From assembly GCA_041581135.1 (NCBI GenBank), contig JBFGCM010000002.1, positions 7,307 to 71,306 of the forward strand: a DNA stretch of 64,000 nucleotides, written 5' to 3'. The translations under genes and the position numbers were made by a program. The notes below the pieces were generated by a model. The model saw nothing but the letters and a program-made list of their open reading frames with translations, searched no databases and had not been told where the DNA came from. This DNA is from Acidimicrobiia bacterium. Lineage in GTDB: Bacteria > Actinomycetota > Acidimicrobiia > Spongiisociales > UBA5794. Of the stretch, positions 35,159-45,319 are shown piece after piece. Within the stretch, counting starts at the first letter, position 1. Each line of letters starts with the position of its first letter.

Positions 35159-38100
35159 CAGCGCTCCACCTCCCTCAGGACCTCACTCATCCTGGTAGCG
35201 GACACCCGGCGCGTGGCCCACACCACCGAGGCGATGAGGAGCGCGCCGACCACGGCCACGTATCCCGCCAGCATGGCGGGCTCGATCTCGAGCAAGACCT
35301 TCGGGATGATCTCGTCCGCAGTCTCACCGAGCTGGAGGAAGGGGATCATCAGCCACATCAATCCGATGCCGGCCGAGACCCCGACGATCGCTCCCAAGCC
35401 GAGGACGGCGAGCTGCTCGACCGCGAACGTGGAGGCCACTCCGCTACGACCAAAGCCGAGGGCACGCAACACGCCCATCTCGCGGGCGCGCCTCGCCACT
35501 GCGAGCAGCACGTAACCGGTGACGCCGGCCAGTGCCAGGATGACGCCGGTGAGCGCACCGACGAAGAGGATCGCCACGAGGCCGACCTGCACCGGACGGC
35601 TGGAGAAGTCGGCGGCGACACTCCGCACGGTGACCGTCTGTTCGATCTCGTCCCCGTAGGTGGCGGCGAGCTGCCGGGCCACGGCATCAGAATCGGTGGC
35701 ATTCGCCCATATCTCGTCGGGCAGCAGGGGTCGCGCCGGTGTGGTGGCGAAGCTCCACGTCGGGGTGGTGTTGACCCAGTGGTTGAAGGCGTCGAGGTCG
35801 ATCACCATCGCCCCCTGGGTGGAGCGGCTGACCATCGTCGGCACGAGGTCGACAAGACCCGCCATCACCCCGGGGATGCTCAGCGTGTCCACCCCGAACG
35901 CGGCTTCGCTGCCGACAGAGAGTCCGGCGATGGCGGCCGCTTCGCGATCGAGCAGCACCCGGATGGGTTCGGGAGCTTTGGCGAGGTGCGGCACGGACGC
36001 CAGTCGAGTGCGGGTGGGAAGCACCCACATGTCCACCTCCCCGGCACCGACCAGCGGCGAGGTGGCGAGCTCCTGGGCACTGGGAGGTGTCGCCCCGGGG
36101 GGCAGCTCGGAGTAGTACTCCTCGACGGCGAAGTCCGCATCGGGCGCCCGGTCGCCCGATCTGATCTCCAGCCCGGCAGTGGCCGTGAGCTCGGCGGCGA
36201 TCTCACTACCGAGGTTCGCCTCGCCGCCGGCCGTCTCGGCCCTCCAGTCTTGGACGAGCACTCGGGACTGGCGCAAGGTGGTGGTACCCGCCGGCTGGTC
36301 GAGCTCCAGCCACATGGCCACCATCGTCACCGGTGCGGGGATCTCTCCGTCGGGCCGGTCCACCACCGACGACGTGGTGGTCAAGGGTATCCGCACGGTC
36401 CGCCACTCGGTGTCGGTGAAGCTCTGATCGGCGGCCAGCGTCCACGGGAGGCCGTTGGCGTCGAACACCCTGATCAGCAGCCGCAGCGAAGTGTCAGGGG
36501 CGTTGTCACCAAGCGTCTCCTGCTCCGCCCAGGGACGGGGTACGACGATGCCATCGACGGCGATGGCCGAGGTGGCGGCGAGCTCGACACCCACATCGGG
36601 AGGGGCGCCGTCGGGACGCAGGTTGCCCAACAGCTCCGCTGCGGTGTCGGCACCGAAGTCGCCCCGCCACTTCACCACCTGCGCGAAGTCGTCGGGCCGA
36701 ACGGCCAGGAGCTCGGCGCGGCGGGACGACAGACGAGGGGCACCGGTGGAGCGGAACACCGCCGCGGTGTCGATGGTCTCGGGTGCATCGACGAAGCCGA
36801 TGCCAGGGGCCACCATCCGGACGTCGGCACCGGCCGCATACTCGGCCCGGTCCTGGAACGATGCCTCCAAGGTGAACGCGTAGGTGAGGGCAAACGCACC
36901 GAACCCCGTCGTCAGCCACACCAACAGGGCCAGCCTGCCGTACGGAATGGGGTTGCGGCCCAGGTGCCAACCCGGAAGCGACATCGCCAGGCCGGGCAGC
37001 TTGGTCATCAGCCAACCGACGAAGCGCAGCAGGAAGGGCAGGACGCGGAGCAGCAGCAGTGCCCCCGCCAGCAGGAAGAGCGCCGGCGCCACGATCGCCA
37101 ACGTGTTGAGACGGGCCTCTCCGTCTTCGATCACGATGAACCCGGCCTGGGCGAGTTGCACCAAGAGCACCGCGGCCAGGATCACCAGGAACACGTCGAT
37201 GTAGTAGCGCTGCCATACCGACACCCGAGTGGGCCGTGCCGCCAGACTCCGCAACTCCAGCACCGAGCGCCGGGCGAAGGGGAGCACGGCCAGGCCCATC
37301 GTGACGAAGGTCAACACGGCGCCGGCGACGATGAACGGGGCCAGCGACTGGGTCTGGGCGACCTCGAGCGGCTCCCCGCCGGTCAAGTCGGACAACGGTG
37401 GCACTCGGCCCGTGAGTCCGACGAGGAATCTGGCCACCAGCGGGGCCAGAAAGGCCGCCAGCACGGCGATGAGCGCCGACTGGGCGAGGTGGATGCCCAC
37501 GGTCTGCCAGGAGCTGGCGCCGCGGGTACGGAGGAGTGCCATCTCCGGTGCCTCGCGTTCGAGGGTCAAGGCGGCCGTATAGATGAGGAAGTACAGCGCC
37601 CCGCCGACGATGAGCGTGAGCATGGCGAGGATCGGTCCGGCGAACACCGCGGACCTGGTGTCGAACCGGTCCAAGAGGAGCGGCAGGTTCGTGTCGGTAG
37701 CGATACCCAGATCCCTGGCGACATCCGCCGAGTAGTTGTTGATGGCACTGCGGACCGGGTCGATGCCCTCCAGGTCCAGACTGTCGCGGTCGAATGCCAT
37801 GAACCAGCGCTGGGTCGCATCAACTCCGCTGAATCCCTTGGTCTCCCGCAGCCAGGGGTCGGTATCGGCGACCCGGCTGCGCAATCCGGACCACACGTCG
37901 AACGTCTCCTGCGGGACGTAGATCAGGCCATTCGGCGCGGTCACGCCCCAGAACACCGACCCTGGGTCTGTGGCCCGTGCCACCGCAGCCACCTCGATGA
38001 CCTCGAACTGATCCGGCCCACCGGCGAAGGGCCGAATGATGGAGGTGTCGCCCGGCGCCAACCCGGTGAGGCGAGCGAGGTCTTCGCCGATGGCGATGCG

Positions 38101-38691
38101 GAGCCGGCCGCTCCCGGCCAGGTCCGCATCAGTGCCGGGCCACTCGCCGGCGATGACCTCCAACCGGTCAACAATGTCGGGGGCGCTGACGATACGGCTC
38201 TGGGTGGCCTCCTGCGGGGGGGTGGGCCAGGGAGCTGTCGGTAGCTCGAGCTCGTCGAGAGTGCCCGTCGCTTGCGCTTCGGTCACCAATCGCTCCACCT
38301 CGGCCTGCCACTCGAACGCCAGCGCTTCCCAATCGACGGCGCCACCGGTGGGGATGAACAGGAACTCTCGACTCGACGTGCGCTCCTCAGCCGGCGCGTA
38401 CCAGGGTCGTAGTCGCTCCTCGGCGGTGACGACCGAGGCGCGGGCAGCCGCCGCTTGATCGGCCTCATAGGCCGTGGTGGTGAGTCGAGAGGCCACGTCG
38501 ACATCGGCGGCCGGTGCGTTGCGGACGGTGAACAGCAGGTCGATGGCAGCCACCGAGGCGTCGTAGAGCGGCACGATGACGAGCAGGGCGGTCACCAGGG
38601 TCGCGCCGAGGAACGATCCGAGCAGGATGCCACGCTTCGCCCACAGGCGTCGCACCACGAGCCCGAGGTAGGTCGTGAGCCTCAGTAACAC
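35158..38691 (-). CDS. Very large (1177 aa) FtsX/MacB-like ABC permease with duplicated FtsX modules and large extracytoplasmic domains
   Basis: Multiple TM clusters separated by long soluble segments. The C-terminal FtsX-like 4-TM bundle includes ...GVLRALGFGRSGV.... Co-oriented and translationally overlapped with the two ATPase genes. Confidence 0.7.
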   Translation of the reverse strand: MLLRLTTYLGLVVRRLWAKRGILLGSFLGATLVTALLVIVPLYDASVAAIDLLFTVRNAPAADVDVASRLTTTAYEADQAAAARASVVTAEERLRPWYAPAEERTSSREFLFIPTGGAVDWEALAFEWQAEVERLVTEAQATGTLDELELPTAPWPTPPQEATQSRIVSAPDIVDRLEVIAGEWPGTDADLAGSGRLRIAIGEDLARLTGLAPGDTSIIRPFAGGPDQFEVIEVAAVARATDPGSVFWGVTAPNGLIYVPQETFDVWSGLRSRVADTDPWLRETKGFSGVDATQRWFMAFDRDSLDLEGIDPVRSAINNYSADVARDLGIATDTNLPLLLDRFDTRSAVFAGPILAMLTLIVGGALYFLIYTAALTLEREAPEMALLRTRGASSWQTVGIHLAQSALIAVLAAFLAPLVARFLVGLTGRVPPLSDLTGGEPLEVAQTQSLAPFIVAGAVLTFVTMGLAVLPFARRSVLELRSLAARPTRVSVWQRYYIDVFLVILAAVLLVQLAQAGFIVIEDGEARLNTLAIVAPALFLLAGALLLLRVLPFLLRFVGWLMTKLPGLAMSLPGWHLGRNPIPYGRLALLVWLTTGFGAFALTYAFTLEASFQDRAEYAAGADVRMVAPGIGFVDAPETIDTAAVFRSTGAPRLSSRRAELLAVRPDDFAQVVKWRGDFGADTAAELLGNLRPDGAPPDVGVELAATSAIAVDGIVVPRPWAEQETLGDNAPDTSLRLLIRVFDANGLPWTLAADQSFTDTEWRTVRIPLTTTSSVVDRPDGEIPAPVTMVAMWLELDQPAGTTTLRQSRVLVQDWRAETAGGEANLGSEIAAELTATAGLEIRSGDRAPDADFAVEEYYSELPPGATPPSAQELATSPLVGAGEVDMWVLPTRTRLASVPHLAKAPEPIRVLLDREAAAIAGLSVGSEAAFGVDTLSIPGVMAGLVDLVPTMVSRSTQGAMVIDLDAFNHWVNTTPTWSFATTPARPLLPDEIWANATDSDAVARQLAATYGDEIEQTVTVRSVAADFSSRPVQVGLVAILFVGALTGVILALAGVTGYVLLAVARRAREMGVLRALGFGRSGVASTFAVEQLAVLGLGAIVGVSAGIGLMWLMIPFLQLGETADEIIPKVLLEIEPAMLAGYVAVVGALLIASVVWATRRVSATRMSEVLREVER

Positions 38692-38694
38692 CGT

Positions 38695-39618
38695 TTGCCT
38701 CCGGACCGCTACTTCAGCGGCCTCAGTAGGCTACCTGGGCATGAGTCCCACCGTCCGGATCGCGTGAACGCAACGGGGGGAGCCGCCGTCGGAGTCGTGG
38801 CCGGCGCTCTGCTGGCCATCGCCGGGCTCTGGCTGGGCGCACGCGGATCCGATGCGCCGGCCCTGCTGCCGGGATCCACGACCACCACGACGCCTGCCGC
38901 CCTGACGGCCGTGCCATGGTTCGACGCCAACGAGGTCGTGCTCGGATCGAGCATTCTGATACCGACGGAGCTCACGGTCGACGGCACCGAGGTGACCCTC
39001 GATTTCCAGATGGAAGACCTCGCTCCCCCCACGCTCGGCACCGAGGTCGACTTCGACACCTGGCCGTCCTTCCGGCAGCGGCCCAACACCGAGTTCAACC
39101 TGGTGGCACCCATCGCATGGACGCTCACCACGAGCGGCGGGGTGGAGATCCCCGGTAGCACCGCCAACGTCCGAGCCACCACGGCCCGCTTCTCGGTTCC
39201 CGAGGAGTTCGCGGCTTCAGACATCGGCGAAATCCGGCTGGACACCTACCGGCAGCGTGTGCCGATGGTCTACGACATCGACATCTCGTCCGGCGATCGA
39301 AGTGCCAACGTGCTCGACGACACGGTGAGCATCTCCTTGGTAGACGTCGTGGAACAAGCAACCGGAACGGTCTACCGATTCCAGGTGGACCACGACCCGG
39401 CTGCGTTCATCGCCACCGGCTTGTTGATCGGCGACGATGCGCTGCTCTTCGGCAGGGGTCCGGGTTGGGTGAGCTTCGGCATCAACGAGGACACCCTCCA
39501 GCTCACCCACGAGTCGCCGACCCCCCTCGATGTGGTGCCCATCCGGGTGGTAACGAGCGCGTGGCTCGACATCTCTCGACCCCAGCCGATCCCGATTGGA
39601 GGTCTGCGCGGCGCATGA
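38695..39618 (+). CDS. Hypothetical membrane-anchored protein (N-terminal TM, poly-Thr linker, ~250-aa extracytoplasmic domain)
   Basis: TTG at 38695, or GTG at 38767. Divergent from the giant permease. No recognisable family. Confidence 0.5.
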   Translation: MPPDRYFSGLSRLPGHESHRPDRVNATGGAAVGVVAGALLAIAGLWLGARGSDAPALLPGSTTTTTPAALTAVPWFDANEVVLGSSILIPTELTVDGTEVTLDFQMEDLAPPTLGTEVDFDTWPSFRQRPNTEFNLVAPIAWTLTTSGGVEIPGSTANVRATTARFSVPEEFAASDIGEIRLDTYRQRVPMVYDIDISSGDRSANVLDDTVSISLVDVVEQATGTVYRFQVDHDPAAFIATGLLIGDDALLFGRGPGWVSFGINEDTLQLTHESPTPLDVVPIRVVTSAWLDISRPQPIPIGGLRGA

Positions 39619-40631
39619 GCGACGGCGACGCTTTCAAGGAGCTGCTGCAATCTCCGGTCGAGCCGAAGCGAGAACGCCGAACGCACCCGGATCCGGACGG
39701 CCGGCCACCGGGCACCGTGTGGGCGGCGCTCGCCGGCCTCCTCGTCGGTGGTCTCGTGGTGCTTGCCGGCTACTGGCTGGCCGACGGCGGCGACGCCACG
39801 GCCATGCCCGAGGTGACCACGACGACGTCGACCGAGCCCGTCGTGGCCCCACCAGCCGACATCGACGCGTTCCCGCCGGGGTACGTCGCAGTCAACGACC
39901 GAAGCGCGGTGCGTGTGGAACGGGTGCTCCTGCGTCCCGACGAGGCCATCGTGTCGATGACCGTTGCGGTGCGGCGTGGTCTCGACCCCGAAGCCACTGC
40001 GGGGTTCTGGGGCGGCACGTGGGAGCTCCTGACGGGCGATGGCGTCGCCATCCCATCGGAGGCGGAGGCGTTCGATCCGCTCGCCAAGGGTGCCTTCAGC
40101 GTGCGCTTCCCCGGAAGCTTCACCGCAAACGACCTCGAGGGCATCCGGCTGACCGGCGAGGCGTTGCGCACCACGATGGCGCTGGAGACCAGCATGGCCG
40201 ATCAACCCCTGCCGTTCGCCGAGCCGGAGAGCGATCGATTCGACCTCGACGGCAGCGTCGACCTGGTGATCGACACGATCGACCTGCAGCTGGAAGGTGG
40301 GCTCATCGAATGGCGCTTCGAGGGTGACGACCGGGTACAAGGATCGGTGTTGCCCACGGTGTCGCTCTGGACGCCGACGACGCCATCGGGCTTCCCGGGC
40401 GTCATGCCGGTGCGACACTTCAGCACGATCGCATCGGTGTTCGGCACCACGGTACCGGCGCCGTTCCCGCTGCATGGAGACATGCTGGTGTTGGACCCCA
40501 CCGAGATCAGCGAACCGGGCTCGATCAACCGCATCGAGATCGACTGGGCGGTGACCTGGTTCAACTACATCGACGCCGACGTCGAGATCGCGCTCGGCGA
40601 CGCCCCGGTGGTCGTTGTCGACTCCGGCTGA
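39617..40631 (+). CDS. Hypothetical membrane-anchored protein with the same architecture as the upstream gene (TM + TTTTST linker + extracytoplasmic domain)
   Basis: ATG at 39617 overlaps the upstream stop (ATGA). Similar layout and weak sequence resemblance to 38695..39618. Confidence 0.55.
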
Positions 40632-40635
40632 GCGC

Positions 40636-41721
40636 TCAGCCCACCCCATCCAGCAGAAGCTCGTTGGCCCGGAAGCACCGCACCTCGGTGGCGTCCACCA
40701 TGACCGGTTCGGGGCGCTCCGTGCGGCAGCGATCGACGACATAGGGGCAGCGGGGCGAGTAGGCGCAGCCTTCGGGCAGGTCGTCGAGCTCGGGCGCATC
40801 GCCCTCGATGGGCTTCAACCGCTCTCTGAAGCCCGGCATCGAGTTGAGCAGACCCTCGGTGTATGGGTGCTTCGGCACGTGGAAGATGTCCTCCACCGGA
40901 CCCAACTCGACGATCTTGCCGGCGTACACGACGCCGACCCGGTCCGCCATGGCGGCGACACGAGCAAGGTCGTGGGTGACCAAGATCATCGCCATTCCCC
41001 GTTTCGCCCGAAGGTCGTCGATGAGTGACGCCACCGCCGATGCCACGGTGGCGTCGAGGCCCGACAGCGGCTCGTCGGCGAGCAACAGCTTGGGGTCGGA
41101 CAGCAACGCGGCCGCCAGCATCGCCCGCTGCGCCTCACCGCGGGACATCTGGTACGAGAACGAGAAGAACTTGCGGCGCTTGGTGAGCCGCACCTCGCCC
41201 AGGGCGTCGAGGACCCGCTGGCGTACCTCGTCCTCGGTGAGCTCGGTGTGAGCCTCGAGCACCTCGCCACTCTGCTCACCGATCATCTGGGTGGGATCCC
41301 ACGCCGCAACCGCATCCTGGAACAGCACACCGATCCCCGTGCCCATGATCTCCCGCCACTCCGCGTCCTTCAACTCGCCCAACACCTGGGTGGCGTGCGA
41401 CGCCTTCTTGGCGCCCTTGCGAGGCACCACCCGCCCGGCGAAGGTGGTCTGCCCTGCAATGGCCTTGACGCCATGGGGCAGCAACCCGACGCCGCCGAGC
41501 AGCATCAACGTCTTGCCGGACCCCGATTCGCCCACCAGAGCGAGCGTCTCGCCGGCGTTCACCGAGAAGGAGACATCGGAGATGAGCTCCACCCAGCCGT
41601 CGGACTCCTCGGGATCACGTCCCATCCAGGTCTGCCACCGGCTGCGCTTCGGCGGAGCCTCGCCGGGCCGGCCGAACGCGGCCACCGAGAGGCCTTTGAC
41701 CTCATAGAGCGGCTGGGGCAC
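40636..41721 (-). CDS. Orphan OppD/DppD-type oligopeptide ABC ATPase with a C-terminal oligo_HPY domain and an unusual ~25-aa insertion in the N-terminal region
   Basis: GTG at 41721 preceded by GAGGAGGTGG. Walker A GESGSGKT, signature LSGLDATVASA..., C-terminal ...HPYTEGLLNS...CPYVVDRC. No cognate permease or substrate-binding protein genes are adjacent. Confidence 0.7.
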   Translation of the reverse strand: MPQPLYEVKGLSVAAFGRPGEAPPKRSRWQTWMGRDPEESDGWVELISDVSFSVNAGETLALVGESGSGKTLMLLGGVGLLPHGVKAIAGQTTFAGRVVPRKGAKKASHATQVLGELKDAEWREIMGTGIGVLFQDAVAAWDPTQMIGEQSGEVLEAHTELTEDEVRQRVLDALGEVRLTKRRKFFSFSYQMSRGEAQRAMLAAALLSDPKLLLADEPLSGLDATVASAVASLIDDLRAKRGMAMILVTHDLARVAAMADRVGVVYAGKIVELGPVEDIFHVPKHPYTEGLLNSMPGFRERLKPIEGDAPELDDLPEGCAYSPRCPYVVDRCRTERPEPVMVDATEVRCFRANELLLDGVG

Positions 41722-42134
41722 CGACCACCTCCTCAGTCGACGGGTCGATCGCAGCGAAGGTGCCAACCTGCCAGCACCAGCGTCACACCGATCCATCCCA
41801 GGCTATCGGGTGCCTCGGGAGGACCGCTCGACGTCGATGAGGATTCAGTGGCCGGGGCGCTGATCTGGTGCACGAGACCGGCGCGATGAGGGGCATGCGG
41901 CCCCGCGACACGGCAACGGCGGACGGGACCCCGGGAGGCTCGCAGCCGCCTCGATCGGGGGAGCACAGGAGGGGGGCTAGTGCGTCGGCGCGAGCCACGA
42001 ATGATCCATCTTCTGGCTCAAGTTGGCGGAGCAATGGCCGATACATGACTCAACAACTCGACCGGTGTTCCACTCCACCCGGATAAACCGGAGGTTCCCT
42101 TCCCTCCGACTCCTCCTCAGTTCATCGGTCGACA

Positions 42135-42166
42135 GGAACGGCCCTTCCGCCACGGAGGGCCGTTCC
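42135..42166 (+). other. Perfect 10-bp hairpin GGAACGGCCC-TTCCGCCACGGA-GGGCCGTTCC in the 5' region of the GNAT gene
   Basis: Seen directly. Lies in a 400-nt intergenic region of lower GC. Confidence 0.5.
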
Positions 42167-42213
42167 GCGTTGCTGGGTACGGTTGTGCTCGCACGCGACG
42201 AGAACGGACCTGC

Positions 42214-43119
42214 ATGGACCTCACCTTCGAGCCCCTTGGGGACGATCACCTCGCCGATGCACTCGCCTTCCTGCGTTCGGCCAATCCGTTCTCACAGCGC
42301 ACGTGGGGATGGGACACAGGCCGGTTCATCGACTGGCGGTGGGGCTCCAACACCCTTCGGTCGGACGACAGCCCCGGCTTCTTCGCCCGTCATGGCGCCG
42401 TCATGCGGTACGAGAGACGCATTGTGGGACTCGTCATCTCCGAGGTCGGCGCCGACGACCACTGCGTCCTCACCGCGCTACCGGACCGATCCCTCCTCGC
42501 CGCTGCGCTCACGTGGCTCATCAACCGCCACGACGGCGACTCGTTGGTGCTCTATCCATCGGATGACGCCGGCTGGGTCCACGGGGTCCTCACCGATCTC
42601 GGGTTCGATCGAGGCGAGGTCGCCGGGCTCGAGTGGGGCTACGACCTGACCACGCTCGACGCCGCCGGCCCCGATCCCGCAGGATTCGTCATCGACACGC
42701 TCTCGCATGATCGGAGCGCCGACTTCGCGGGAATCGACCAATGCCTCGAGGGAGCCTTCGGCGGGATGCGAGATCGGGTCCGAGTCCTGCGCAGCCTCGA
42801 GACCAACCCACTGTTCCGGCCCGAGCTCAACGTCGTGGCTCGCCATCCCGAAGGTCGTATTGCCGCATACTGCCGGGGCACCGTTGACCCCGACTCGGGA
42901 GTCTGTGGCATCGATCCGGTCGCCACGCATCCGGACTTCCAGGGTCGCGGTCTCGGCGCGGCCGTCGTACGGAAGTGCTTCACCACCCAACGCGAACTCG
43001 GTGGCACGACGAGCTACATCGGATCCGCACCTGAGGGCTCACCGGGGAGTCGCCTGTACCGATCCCTCGATCCGATCTCGGTGACGAGCCACTCCACGTG
43101 GACACGACCTGCGAACTGA
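42214..43119 (+). CDS. Tandem-GNAT acetyltransferase family protein (MshD-like architecture)
   Basis: 301 aa. The C-terminal half ...VATHPDFQGRGLGAAVV... is GNAT-like, and the N-terminal half has a degenerate GNAT fold. Confidence 0.55.
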   Translation: MDLTFEPLGDDHLADALAFLRSANPFSQRTWGWDTGRFIDWRWGSNTLRSDDSPGFFARHGAVMRYERRIVGLVISEVGADDHCVLTALPDRSLLAAALTWLINRHDGDSLVLYPSDDAGWVHGVLTDLGFDRGEVAGLEWGYDLTTLDAAGPDPAGFVIDTLSHDRSADFAGIDQCLEGAFGGMRDRVRVLRSLETNPLFRPELNVVARHPEGRIAAYCRGTVDPDSGVCGIDPVATHPDFQGRGLGAAVVRKCFTTQRELGGTTSYIGSAPEGSPGSRLYRSLDPISVTSHSTWTRPAN

Positions 43120-43145
43120 CCCGGCGACCGGGCAACCGTAGGCGG

Positions 43146-43976
43146 CTACGACACGGCGATCAGGATCGTGCCGGTGACCGCCAGCACGGCGGCGGCGATG
43201 TGCCGGCCGGTGACATGCTCCCGGAGCATCCGATACCCGCCGAAGACGCCGATCAATGCTGACGTCTCGCGGACCCCGGCAACCAGGCCGAGCGGTGCCA
43301 GCAGCGCCGCCACCATCACCAGCGCGTAGGCACCCGCCGAACCGATGCCTCCGAACACGACCTCCCTCCACTGCGTGCGAACGTGCCGCACCGCCGACGC
43401 CATACCCCGGCGGACCAGCACCACCGCCGTCCACACGGCGCCGGTGAGCACGAACATGGTGCCGATGTATCGGATGGCTTCGTCACCGGCGCGAACGCCG
43501 GCACCGTCGACGGTGGTGTACGAGGCGATGGCGAGGCCGGTGAGCAGTGCCCAGCCCACGCCGGAGCCCACGCCGGCGGTGAGGGCGATCCCGATGATGC
43601 CCAGCGACACGAGGGCGATGCCCACCCAGCCCAGCGCCGGCACCAGATCTCCGAGCCAGAGAACGCCCCCGACCGCCACCAGCAGCGGCGCCACTCCGCG
43701 GGCGATGGGATAGATGACGGCGAGATCCGCCCGCTCATACGCCGCCACCAGCAGCGATCCGTACACCACATGGAGGATGGTGGTTGCCGCCAGGTAGGGG
43801 GCGGTGACCGGGTCCGGCAGGCCCAGGATCATCAGGACGGGGACGTTCAGGATCGCCGAGCCCAGCGTCACGGCCCAGAACGACAGCACCCGGTCGCGTC
43901 CAGCCTTGACCATGAGATTCCACCCGGCGTGCAACACCGCCGCCGCCAGCGCCAAGACCATCGCCGCGCCCGACAT
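43146..43976 (-). CDS. EamA/DMT-family transporter
   Basis: ATG at 43976 (MSGAAMVLALAAAVLHAGWNLMVK...). Ten-TM duplicated EamA pattern. The upstream part of ORF 43146..44399 is GC-rich, low-complexity antisense sequence. Confidence 0.7.
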   Translation of the reverse strand: MSGAAMVLALAAAVLHAGWNLMVKAGRDRVLSFWAVTLGSAILNVPVLMILGLPDPVTAPYLAATTILHVVYGSLLVAAYERADLAVIYPIARGVAPLLVAVGGVLWLGDLVPALGWVGIALVSLGIIGIALTAGVGSGVGWALLTGLAIASYTTVDGAGVRAGDEAIRYIGTMFVLTGAVWTAVVLVRRGMASAVRHVRTQWREVVFGGIGSAGAYALVMVAALLAPLGLVAGVRETSALIGVFGGYRMLREHVTGRHIAAAVLAVTGTILIAVS

Positions 43977-44068
43977 CACCGCCTCCTCGCCGATCAACGT
44001 AGCGGCTGGCTCATCCGCCGTGGTTTCGAATACGCTGGCGGGGCAACAGAGGGAGGGAGAACGGGCAC

Positions 44069-44512
44069 ATGCAGTCCGACGCCACCAGCGTCGAGCAGTA
44101 CCTCGACGAGCTGCCGGAGGATCGGCGCCACGCCGTCGAGAGGGTGCGTGACGTGATCGTTGCCAACCTCCCCGAGGGCTTCGTAGAGACGATGAACTGG
44201 GGAATGATCTCCTACGAGGTGCCGCTGGAGACGTATCCCGACACCTACAACGGCAAGCCGCTGGGCTATGTCGCACTCGCCTCGCAGAAGAACCACATGG
44301 CGGTCTATCTCTCAGGTGTCTACTCCGACGACGCCCGACGGGATGCCTTCCTCGACTCGTACCGGGCATCGGGCAAGAAGCTCGACGTGGGCAAGTCATG
44401 CGTTCGGTTCAAGAAGCTCGACGATCTGCCGCTCGAACTGATCGGCGAGACCATCGCCTCGACGACCGTCGACGAGTTCGTCACCACGGCCAAAGCTGCG
44501 CGGTCCAGGTGA
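44069..44512 (+). CDS. DUF1801/YdhG-like domain protein
   Basis: 147 aa, ...VETMNWGMISYEVPL...AVYLSGVY.... Confidence 0.55.
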   Translation: MQSDATSVEQYLDELPEDRRHAVERVRDVIVANLPEGFVETMNWGMISYEVPLETYPDTYNGKPLGYVALASQKNHMAVYLSGVYSDDARRDAFLDSYRASGKKLDVGKSCVRFKKLDDLPLELIGETIASTTVDEFVTTAKAARSR

Positions 44513-44513
44513 G

Positions 44514-45278
44514 ATGGCGGACGACAACGCGATCTACGAGGAGCACTGGCCTCAGCTGAAGGCCACGTTGGAGGCCGACGGCGCCGACGCCGCGGTCGCC
44601 TACGTCGCCGCCCAGGAAGCCGCCGTCCGCGATGCGCTGTTTCGCAAGGCACGGGTCGGGGTGGCCATGGGCGAATGGGACGGCAAGAACCTCGACGCCG
44701 TCGTGGCCCTCGCCGATGCAGGTATCGCCGCCGCGCTGCAACGCGCAGAATCCGCCGCGGACCCGACGGAGGTAGAGGCGGCGCTCCAGGATGCCAACGT
44801 GATCAGTTTCAACCTCGCCGCCGATCTCGCCGATTGCTGGCCTGGTGACGACCTGCCCCGGGACCGTCGCCACTTCGAACGTGGTGAGCGCGCCGGGGAG
44901 GACTGTGTCCGGTGGCGCCACGAGCTGGCCAAGCCGGCATCGTCCCTGCAGCTCGGCTGGTGGGCACTCGGCATCCACCGTCTCCACCTGGGGAGGACCG
45001 CCGTCGAGGCCATGGACCAATCGTGGGCGCAGGCGGTGCGTGCTGCCGAAGAGGAAGACGAACCGACAGCGATCGCTCCAGACGCCGGCTTCACGGTGCT
45101 CTTGAGCGCCGGTTACGCCGGCTTGGCCCGTATGGCCCAGCGAGACGATGCCGGCCAGGAGGTGTACAACGCCGCCATCGAGGCCTTCCGGGAGCAACTG
45201 AGCGACGGCGAACGCAGCGCCGATGCCTCGTTTGGCATCGACCAGTTGGAGAAAGTCCGAACCCGCTACGTCGCCTGA
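44514..45278 (+). CDS. Hypothetical protein
   Basis: 254-aa ORF in an operon-like position with the upstream gene. No family recognised. Confidence 0.45.
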   Translation: MADDNAIYEEHWPQLKATLEADGADAAVAYVAAQEAAVRDALFRKARVGVAMGEWDGKNLDAVVALADAGIAAALQRAESAADPTEVEAALQDANVISFNLAADLADCWPGDDLPRDRRHFERGERAGEDCVRWRHELAKPASSLQLGWWALGIHRLHLGRTAVEAMDQSWAQAVRAAEEEDEPTAIAPDAGFTVLLSAGYAGLARMAQRDDAGQEVYNAAIEAFREQLSDGERSADASFGIDQLEKVRTRYVA

Positions 45279-45319
45279 GGCGACCGCCGCCGGCTTCGGG
45301 TAGGTCGGCGCTGCTGGCT

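Noticed and set aside
35779-38244. 821-aa plus-strand ORF inside the giant permease region
   Set aside because: It is antisense to the FtsX-like permease. The translation is an Arg/Gly/Glu/Pro-rich low-complexity artefact, whereas the minus-strand frame gives a clean multi-TM protein with coupled ATPase genes.
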